Position numbers and translations under genes: made by a program. Positions 49,832 to 58,905 of a stretch of DNA of 64,000 nucleotides are shown one piece after another. Source of the DNA: Gekko japonicus (Eukaryota); assembly GCF_001447785.1 (NCBI RefSeq), contig NW_015172014.1, positions 852,667 through 916,666 of the forward strand, in the 5' to 3' direction. Under the pieces are notes generated by a model. That model ran no database searches. It was given only the letters and a program-made list of their open reading frames with translations, and was not told where the DNA came from. Numbering within the stretch: position 1 is the first letter of the stretch; the number at the start of each line of letters is the position of its first letter.

Positions 49832-51284
49832 TAGGAGAAAAAGCAAGGTATAAAAACTATAGGAGAAAAGCAAGGTATAAAAACCGACTCTCCTTCTTCT
49901 TCTACGGCCCACAGCTGGGGGGCAGTTCAACCCAGCCAGGACGACGGGAGGAGAGGGGAAAGAGCCCCCTGAGGCCTCACAAAACTTCAGCGGAATGGAC
50001 TGAGCCTGTCTAGCCTCATCAGGGGCTTCGAAGCAGATACGGCCGTCTGCCTGCAGGGCCTGACTCTGTCTGACTAGGGTTGCCGGCAGGGGTCATTTCC
50101 TGCGGGAGCGCACAGGAGCAGAGCTCCGGCAGTAAGGAGCCTGGGGGGGCGGGCACATGCAACAAGCCCCGCCCCCTGCTCCCAGCAGCCCTCAGTCAGA
50201 GCAACAAGGAGCAAGAAGCAGCCAGGTAAGTAAAGCGCGCCCCCCCCCCCCCCGCCTTCAGGTTCAAGCTCTCCCTCCTCTGTGAGAGCAGATCTGCACG
50301 TCCGTCCCCCCCACTCCCGCAATAGCTAGCAATCCAAAACGGTCCAGTGGGGCCTGAGCGGTGGGTGTCGCCTTCTGACACACTTCCGGTGATGTCAGGG
50401 GGTGTGGCCTATGCAAATGAGTTATGCTAATGAGCCCCTGCACCTCTTTTTCTACGAAAGGACCCCTGAGAAGGAGGGCCCAGTAACAAAGCTGCTGACG
50501 CCCAAGGAAATGGCTCCTGTAGGAAGACCCCTACAGGGATTCTCCTGGAATTGCAGCCAGTCTCCAGACTGCGGGGATCAGTTCCTCTGGAGAATATGGC
50601 GGTCTTAGGGGGCGGACTCGCTGAGGCCCTTCTCCTCCCCAGCCCCAGGCTCCGCCCCACCCCCAAAGCTCCAGGAATGTCCCAACCTGAAGTTGGCAAC
50701 CCTCAGGGCTGTTGCTGACCTCACAGCTTGGGCCCCCGGGGCTCTTTCAGGCCAGGTGGGGTGAGGAGTTTTAGCCGTGAGTCTAAACTGCAGTTGGACT
50801 GGGGTTAAAGATTAGTCAGTCAACAGCCTTGGGAGTTTGTGCAAAGCGCCCTCGCTGCCCCGGCAGAAGCCCCTGGCTGGGAGCACCCTCGGAGGTGGAC
50901 TTTCCCCACTACGGGCAATCGTTAACTTTGAAGAGAGAAGGTGCTCTGGGCACCTTCAGCCCTCGGAGGGGCCCCCATCCCTCCAGGGCACAGCCTCCCC
51001 TTTCCTCTGACTCCAGACCCGCAGGGCCCCACCCTGGCTTATACAGGAAAAGGGTTGCCAGCCCCCAGGAGTTACCACCAATCTCCAGGCCACGGAGACC
51101 CCTCCCCCTGGAGGGAACGGCTGCTTTGGAGGGTGGACTTGGTGGGATTCTGCCCCACTGAGCTCCCTCCCCTCCCCAAACCTCACCTTCCTCAGGCCCC
51201 GCCCCCAGATCTCCAGGAACATCCTAACCAGGAGCTGGCAACCCTATGAAAGGCACATGACGCCAGCTCAGGAAAGAGCTCTGC

Positions 51285-51290
51285 TTTATT
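51285..51290 (-). terminator. PolyA signal of SAT2-like paralogue A
   Basis: TTTATT on + (AATAAA on -), about 130 nt after the stop codon. Confidence 0.6.
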
Positions 51291-51422
51291 CCGACGGAGA
51301 GGGAGGTTGTGCATTGAATGGACCTCAAGGCTTCCATCCCCAGAATGCTTCTCCTCCAAGGTCCAGGGCCTCATTCTGTCCAGCAGTCTCCCCCCACACA
51401 CACACACACACCCCAGGAGCTT

Positions 51423-54400
51423 CTAGAATTTGCTCTGGGCGGCCATCCTGCGTAGCTGCGTCTCCTGGAACCGGAAGAGGTTCCAGCCATCTTTGACCGT
51501 GCGGTCTTCACCTCCGTTACGCTCAAGGAATCTTATGTTCTCCGGCTTCTCAGAGGAGCTGTGCATTCGGATCTGGGAGCACCCTTTCTGCCAAGCGGCC
51601 TGTGGGCAGAAGGAGAAGAAGAAGGAGAGACTGGATTTATACCCCACGGCCCTTCGCTACCCGAAGGTGTCTCAGAGCGGCTCACAAACTCCTTTCCCTT
51701 CCCCTCCCCACAACAGGACACCCTGGGAGGTAGGCGGGGCTGAGAGAGCTCTTGACAGAAACTGATCTTTTTCAAGGACAGCTCTTGTCAGAGCTACGAC
51801 TTGACCAAGGTCATCCAGCAGCTGCAAGTGGAGGAGTGGGGAATCAAACCCAGTTCTCCCAGATTAGAGTCCGCACACTTAACCACGACACCAAACTGGC
51901 TCTCAATACCAAACTCGGGGAAGCAGACCCCTGAAAAACCCGCTCTTCTCCTCCACTGCCTTGCGGAAAGACCCCGACGTCAACAGTGAGCGAAAGGGAA
52001 ATTTGGCCTCTCTCTCCCACTAGGAGACCACCAAGGTGCCCTTTTATCATCCACACTCCTTTCCCAGCAAGGGAGGGGGAAGGGTTTCCCCCTGGCATCA
52101 CCGCCACACCACTCTCAGGTGTGCAGGGAAGCTCCACAAGAGGGGAGCCAATAACCAGCTCCAGAAGTGCAGGGAAGGGGGTGCCTTCACGCCCCCAATG
52201 TCAAAGCAGCGTGGGAAGACGAAGTCGCAGGAAGCATCTCCCACACCACAGCTGTTGCCGTGTAGCAATCTGAACCTTCGCTGCACAGGAAGACTGAACC
52301 TGGGGGCTTCTGCGCGCCCAGCCAGTGCTGGCCGCCCTCACAAAAGTCTGCCGCAGCCCCAGGAAACGGGGGTCCAGCAGCAGCTCCTCTGAGCGGCAGC
52401 CGCCAGTGCAGAACAGGGGCCCTTTGCCAGCCCGCCCCGCTTTCTGGCTCTTCCATGCTGAGAACAAAGCAGAACATCTGGCCTGGGGAGGGCCCAGCAG
52501 CCTCTGAACACGCCCAGCAAGACACACCTGGCCACGATGCCGACTCACCGCTATTGCTGTGTGGTGGAGCACCTTCCCAATTTGCCTCCCTGGAAGAGAG
52601 AACCACAAGATTCCTTGACCTGGCAACAGTGATCCACGCTATGGTCACCTCGAGAGTGGACTACTGCAACGCTCTCTACATGGGGCTGCCCTTGTCCCAA
52701 ATCCGGAAGCTGCGGCTAGTGCAGAATGTGGCAGCCAGGCTGCTGATGGGCCTCTCTATTCGAGAGCACATCCGGCCTGCGCTGAGAGAGCTGCACTGGC
52801 TGCCAATAGCATACCGGATTCGCTTCAAGGTGCTGGTTTTGACCTTTAAAGCCCTATATGGCTGGGGGCCTGCCTACCTGAGGGACCGCCTTTCCCCACA
52901 CGTTCCCCAGAGAGCACTAAGGTCGGGGACTCAACATCGCCCGACTGTCCCTGGCCCGGAAGACGCCAGATTGGCCATCACGAGGGCCAGGGCCTTCTCA
53001 GTGGCAGCTCCATTCTGGTGGAACGAGCTCCCGGAGGACATCAGGGCCCTGCTTGTCAGGCAAGGCGGGATAGAAATCGAAATAAATAAATAAATTCTAT
53101 GCTCTCTGTCGCCATTCCGGCCTGGTGGGCAGAAGCTGCTTCCAGGGCATCGGAGCAACGATTTCTGTGCTCAAGAGGGGGATGCCCAACCTGTACCCAG
53201 CGCAGCCTGTTTGCCCTCTGCCCATACCTCTGAATTCAGGCATGACGTACAGGTTGTCCATGTAAAGGTTCCTTCCTTTCCAGGTGCTGTAGGTGTAGAC
53301 GGACAGGACGTACCCGATGAGAGTGTGGCCTGTGGAGCAGAAAGGTTCACAGCATCCAGAGCAAGTGCGGGGAGGAGGTGGCCGCTTACCTGACCCTGGA
53401 GCAGTGTTCCCTCTAAGCCGAGTTAGTGTGAGCTAGCTCACAGTTTTTTAGCCTCCGGCTCACACATTTTTCTCTCCGCTCGGGAACGATGGGGCTCCAG
53501 AGCAAACTAATTTATGCAGTAGGCAAATCGCTCGCTCACAACTTTAATGCCAGGAGCTCACAAGGTAGAAGTCTGGCTCACAAGCAGGGGTCATTTCGTA
53601 GAAAAAGAGGTGCAGCCGCTCATTAGCATAACTTATTTGCATAACTTATTTGCATATGCCACACCCCATGACATCACAAGAGGTTTGTTAGAAGGCAGTA
53701 CCCACCACTCAGGCTCCACTGGACTGTTATGGATTGNNNNNNNNNNNNNNNNNNNNNNNNNNNNNNNNNNNNNNNNNNNNNNNNNNNNNNNNNNNNNNNN
53801 NNNNNNNNNNNNNNNNNNNNNNNNNNNNNNNNNNNNNNNNNNNNNNNNNNNNNNNNNNNNNNNNNNNNNNNNNNNNNNNNNNNNNNNNNNNNNNNNNNNN
53901 NNNNNNNNNNNNNNNNNNNNNNNNNNNNNNNNNNNNNNNNNNNNNNNNNNNNNNNNNNNNNNNNNNNNNNNNNNNNNNNNNNNNNNNNNNNNNNNNNNNN
54001 NNNNNNNNNNNNNNNNNNNNNNNNNNNNNNNNNNNNNNNNNNNNNNNNNNNNNNNNNNNNNNNNNNNNNNNNNNNNNNNNNNNNNNNNNNNNNNNNNNNN
54101 NNNNNNNNNNNNNNNNNNNNNNNNNNNNNNNNNNNNNNNNNNNNNNNNNNNNNNNNNNNNNNNNNNNNNNNNNNNNNNNNNNNNNNNNNNNNNNNNNNNN
54201 NNNNNNNNNNNNNNNNNNNNNNNNNNNNNNNNNNNNNNNNNNNNGCGGGGCTTGTTGCATGTGCCCGCCCCCTGAGCCCCTTACTGCCGGAGCTCCGCTC
54301 CTGTGCGCTCCCGCAGGAAATGACCCCTGCTCACAAGACTCCACAGCTTAGAGGGAGCATTGCTCTGGAGTAGGCCAGGAGGCGGGTGTTTCCAGTTTGA

Positions 54401-56466
54401 ACAACACGGAGGGCAGGCTTCAGAGCAGAAAAATCTAGACCGTTGTGCTTAGCAAAGGGAGCGCTGGCTCTCAACAGCTCATGCCCCGAAAACCTTGTGG
54501 GTCTCTAAGGTGTGGTGGGACCCAAATTTAGCTAATCTGGAACATTTGCAGGAGGAGAAGAACAGGCGTTCCCCCTTCACCAGCCACTTCCCCTTCGCCG
54601 GCAACCCTCGGCTCTGTCCCCAGGGGCTTCCTGGACATATTGTTTTGGGGGGAGACTACTGCCCCTCCCCAATTGCTCTTCTTGTTTTGCAGAAAGGGGG
54701 CCCGCTGGCCATGTGGAGAGGAATCAGGGACCCTTCTGCGAGGCAGCTGCCATCCAGCAGGCGGCCCGAGGTCCTTCACGTCTGTGTGGTGGGCCAAAAC
54801 CCGGCTGGTGTGGCTTCCCCCTCCCGCATGGAAGCGACATGGGTCCCGCTCCCCAGCAGCCCCTAATTACCTTCCTTGCTCTTTTGCTGTGGGGGCACCT
54901 CAGCCACGAAACACTCAAATCTTGGCTGCTTCCCAAATCCAGCCTCCTTCAGCTCTGGGGAGGAAGGAAGAAGGGGGGGGTTGTTAGTTCAGAAATCAGA
55001 AGCATCCCCTGTCCAATTGACAGTCGGTGGGGAAGAGTGCCAGGGAGAGGGGGAGGGGGGAGGGAAAGCACACCCAGCCGCTTTGGGTTGCCTACTGTTT
55101 AAGCAACCGCTGCTTGAACAGCCTCCCGACCAGGAGAGCAAGGGATCTTGCTCATCGTCCGAAACTTTGCCACCTGTGCAGTTCAAGGTAGGAGACCAGG
55201 CCAGGAAAGGAGCCAGCCAGCCCTGCACAGGAGGATCGGTGCAGAAGACCAAATACGGGAGACTCACACAGACCCCTCCAGTCCCGGCAAAAGGTTCACA
55301 CAGGTCCAAAGGCACACACACCCCCAGACAGCCCCCTACCTTCCACGTTGGTTCTGAGCTCGTTCAGGGGAACCTTGTAAATGACCGCAATCTCCTGCAA
55401 AGCAAAGACCGTGGAGGCTCAGGGTGAGAGTGTGCAGGTATGATAACACCCATCCCGCCCCCCCCCTTCCAAATCATACATCTCCTTAGCCTCAGAGTGC
55501 CTGCTGTGGTCGCCAAGAGGGTTCTCGTTCTCTGGGCCAAGAGTGTGGTTCTTACTCAAGGCTAGCCCAGGAGATTTTGGCACTCTTTGTTCCAGATATC
55601 CAGTTTGGTGTCGTGGCTAAGTGCACATACTCTAATCTGGGAGAACCAGGTTTGATTCCCCACTCCTCCACTTGCACCTGCTGGATGACCTTGGGCAAGC
55701 CATTGTTCTGATAAGAGCTGTTCTTGCAAAAGAGCAGTTTCTGCCAGAGCTCTCTCAGCCCCACCCACCTCACAGGGTGTCTGTTGTGGGGAGGGGAAGG
55801 GAAAGGAGTTTGTAAGCCGCTCTGAGACTCCTTCGGGTAGTGAAGGGCGGGGTACAAATCCAATCTCTTCTCTTCAATCACCAGGAGCCCTGAATCCCAC
55901 AGAACCTCTCCTGTAGACCCCGTTCCTTCTAGGAGAACATCTTCCCAGACGGGGCTTGTGATGGGCCAGCACAGGCAGTCTGTCTCCTCCTCTGCTCCAT
56001 CATGGTCCCCTTATCCTGACTCAGTCAGTTTATTCCCCAGCAGCAAAAGAAGAAGAAATTGGATTTATCCCCTGCCCTTCATGGCCCAAGGGAGTCTCAG
56101 AGCGGCTCACAATCTCCTTTCCCTTCCCCTCCCCACAACAGACACGCTGTGAGGCAGGTGGGGCTGAGAGAGCTCTTGACACAAACTGCTCTTTTGCAAG
56201 AACAGCTCTTGTTAGAACTACGGCTTGCCCAAGGTCATCCAGCAGCTGCGAGTGGAGGAGTGGGGAATCAACCTCGGTTCTCCCAGATTAGTGTCCGTGC
56301 ACTTAACCACGACACCAAACTGGCTCAAAGGGAAACGGGCCATGAATCCTGAGCTCTAGCTCTGGAAGCAGCCTCCGCCCCTGCTTTCCCTCCTCTCCCT
56401 CACCTTAATTAAGCGCATAATATCCGGGAGATCTCTGGGAGTGCAGGGGCGCACCACACAAGCCAT
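51423..56466 (-). CDS. SAT2-like (diamine/thialysine N-acetyltransferase family, GNAT) paralogue A; complete 6 exons, 173 aa, degenerate active site
   Basis: complement(join(51423..51599,52549..52589,53228..53329,54871..54954,55340..55394,56404..56466)) = 522 nt. Exon sizes 63/55/84/102/41/177 follow the SAT1/SAT2 gene structure; all GT-AG; Kozak GCCATGG. Protein MACVVRPCTPRDLPDIMRLIKEIAVIYKVPLNELRTNVEELKEAGFGKQPRFECFVAEVPPQQKSKEGHTLIGYVLSVYTYSTWKGRNLYMDNLYVMPEFRGRQIGKVLHHTAIAAAWQKGCSQIRMHSSSEKPENIRFLERNGGEDRTVKDGWNLFRFQETQLRRMAAQSKF. YSTWKGR and KGCSQ are SAT2-type. Confidence 0.92.
52613..53096 (+). mobile_element. L2-clade LINE 3' fragment in intron 4 of SAT paralogue A
   Basis: DLATVIHAMVTSRVDYCNALYMGLP..LVQNVAARLL..LHWLPI..RAFSVAAP.WWNELP with (TAAA)n tail. 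Confidence 0.9.
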
Positions 56467-56835
56467 GGCTTCCTGCTGCCTCTCTCCCTGCTGGGCTCCC
56501 TTCAGCCTTCTTAAGGGCCGGAGGATTGTGTAACCCACGCGGGTCACTCTTTGCCTCAGTGACTTCTTTGGTGGTGAGGCCAAGAGAGCTTAATAATCAA
56601 GTCAGTCTCCGGGAGGGAGGGAGCTGGCCTCTCCGGTCATATGATCTCAGGACCAAGTAGCGAAGACTGCCCCATCTGGGTTGGAAAATTCCTAGAGATT
56701 TTGGGGATGGAGCCTGGGGAGGGCAGGGGAGCCATTGACTCCACCCTCCAAAGCAGCCATCTTCTCCAGGGGGACGGTCCTCTATAGTCTAGAGGGCCAT
56801 TGTAATTCTGGGGCAGCCCCAGGCCCCACCACTCC

Positions 56836-57353
56836 TGTAATGTATCCAGTTCTGACCGCGTGGCCGACTGGGGCTCCACGTGGTCAAGTGCAACCGTTGA
56901 GCTTCGTTTCAGGAAACAATGGACTAAGCGGATCCTAGCCCGCACCTCTCCAAGGGCTAGGTTCCTGGCCGAGATCCTATGGAACTCTCAGCCACTGTAA
57001 ATAGCCTATTGCGGTGTGGGGTGTGTGTGTTTTGGGTGGTGGTTTCACAGGGGATATAAGCCGGCCTGCGAGCCGGCTAAAGTTGTCTTGTTCCTCACGA
57101 ATAAAAGTACGTCAGCTGAAGTAACTCGTCTGTCTGTGTACTTTTCAACTCCACTATTTTCCCCAAATGTCCGTGTTTTTCCCGGAGCAGCTATTTTCCT
57201 CTCTAGGGATAAATCACACACAACCACAAAGTACAATGTGGCGGGAAGGAATTATGTTACGCTTCCTCTTTTAAATGGCTCGCTTCATGTCGTCTGGACT
57301 GTAGATGGGGAAATTGGACCACTCTCGGGGGCCGTAACTTAATGGTGGCAGTG
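56836..57353 (+). mobile_element. LTR-like element with tRNA-Leu-type primer-binding-site remnant
   Basis: Starts TGTAATG; TATAA 57055-57059; AATAAA 57100-57105; ends GTAAC(T); then TGGTGGCAGTG at 57343-57353. The canonical terminal CA is missing and no TSD is seen. Confidence 0.5.
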
Positions 57354-57459
57354 CCCACAGCCCCGAAGAAAGGAATCTGGATCAGGGTTGGGGATGCTGG
57401 AGGGGGGCTCAAGCTGTTACTAGTCACAAGTAGAGGAAACAGACAGGTACAAGGTGAGT

Positions 57460-57800
57460 AGGGTAAAGGTAAAGGTCTCCCTTGCTGGAAAGCCAGTCGA
57501 ATCCGACTCTAGGGGGCGGTGCTCATCTCCATTTCCAAGCCGAAGAGCCGACGCTGTCCGAAGACTTCTCCATGGTCATGTGGCCGGCATGACTAAACAC
57601 CGAGGTGCACGGAACACTGTTACCTTCCCACCGAAGCGGAACCTATTTATCTACTTGCAATGTCTTGCTTTCGAACTGCTAGGTTGGCAGGAGCTGGGGC
57701 CAGAGACGGGAGCTCACTCCGTCATGCGGCACTCGGGTCTCGAACTGCCAAACTACCAACCTTCCAGCCCGCAGCTCAGCGTCTTAACCTCTGAGCCCTC
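57460..57800 (-). mobile_element. Sauria SINE
   Basis: Family sequence with GGTAAAGGTAAAGG tail. Confidence 0.85.
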
Positions 57801-57952
57801 AACTCATAAAAAATGGTGTAGTACTGCGTAACTTCAACCGGTCATGGGAGGATACCTGACTTTGTCAAAACCCTTTTTGTCTCATTGGCATGACTTGAGC
57901 ACACATTTGCTCTGGCAATGTAAGGTTAGGAAGTGGCCCGGGGCCTGATCCA

Positions 57953-58405
57953 ACATAAGAACATAAGAGAAGCCAATGTTGGATCAGGCCAACGGCCCAT
58001 CTAGCCCAACACTCTGTCATGCAGTGGCCAAAAATCACTTGCCCCAGGCCGAGAGTTCCTATCTAGACCTTGTGACTCATAGCCACTGATGGACCTCTGC
58101 TCCTGATGTTTATCTAATTCCCTCTTGAAACCATCCAGGCTTGTAGCCGCCACCACCTCCTGTGAAGAAGGACTTCCTTTTATCCGTTCTAACCCGACCG
58201 GTCAGCAATTTCATGGAGTACCCACTGAGTTCTTGTGTTGTGAGAAAGGGAGAAAAGGACTTCTTTCTCTATCCCATGCGTAATCTTATAAATCTCGATC
58301 ATGTCACCCATCAGCCGCCATTTCTCCAAGTTAAAGAGCCCCAAGCGTTTTAACCGTTCTTCACAGGGAAAGTGTTCCAGCCCTTTTATCATTCTCGTTG
58401 CCCCC
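57953..58405 (-). mobile_element. CR1 LINE 3' fragment
   Basis: [27 protein letters not shown] on -; tail ACATAAGAACATAAGA. Confidence 0.88.
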
Positions 58406-58905
58406 TTTCCCCTCATTTTACAGTATCAGATTACCCACATCATGTCTGGACATTGACCTGGACACCTCGATGATGCCAATCTGAGGAGCGGGCAAGGAAT
58501 GGGACCAGCGAGACCTGGCACAGCCAGGTTTACCAAGGAAGAGGCTGGCACCAGAGTGATAGAGCAAAGGGGTACTGACCCAAAGAAAATCTGCTGGCAC
58601 CAAGTCATTGACCCATCACCTGTTTCCTCTAATGGTTTGCTAGCAAAATATCCTTACTGCCTTCCAAAAAACCTTCAGTCAAAGAGTTCCAAGACTGTTC
58701 CTTGGCTGGTTTACTCTTCCAGCTCCCTCCCTACTTCTGGATCACCGTTTCCCTCCTTCCCTGCTGACCAGACCACAGTCCCCTTCTCCACCCCCCACGG
58801 GTGCACGGGTGCAACCAAGCAGAAAACGGACACAGGAGTCCTCGGAGAAGGGTCAGAGTTCCCTGGGCAGGCAGCAGAGTGGAAGCGAGAAGGCGCCCTG
58901 GAGCC

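Noticed and set aside
53547-54373. Long ORFs containing X runs (also near 16000, 34000, 60300, 63700)
   Set aside because: Artefacts of translating through N gaps.
53390-54450. Idea that SAT-A exon 3 is disrupted by the nested MITEs
   Set aside because: An intact 84-bp exon 3 is present at 54871-54954.
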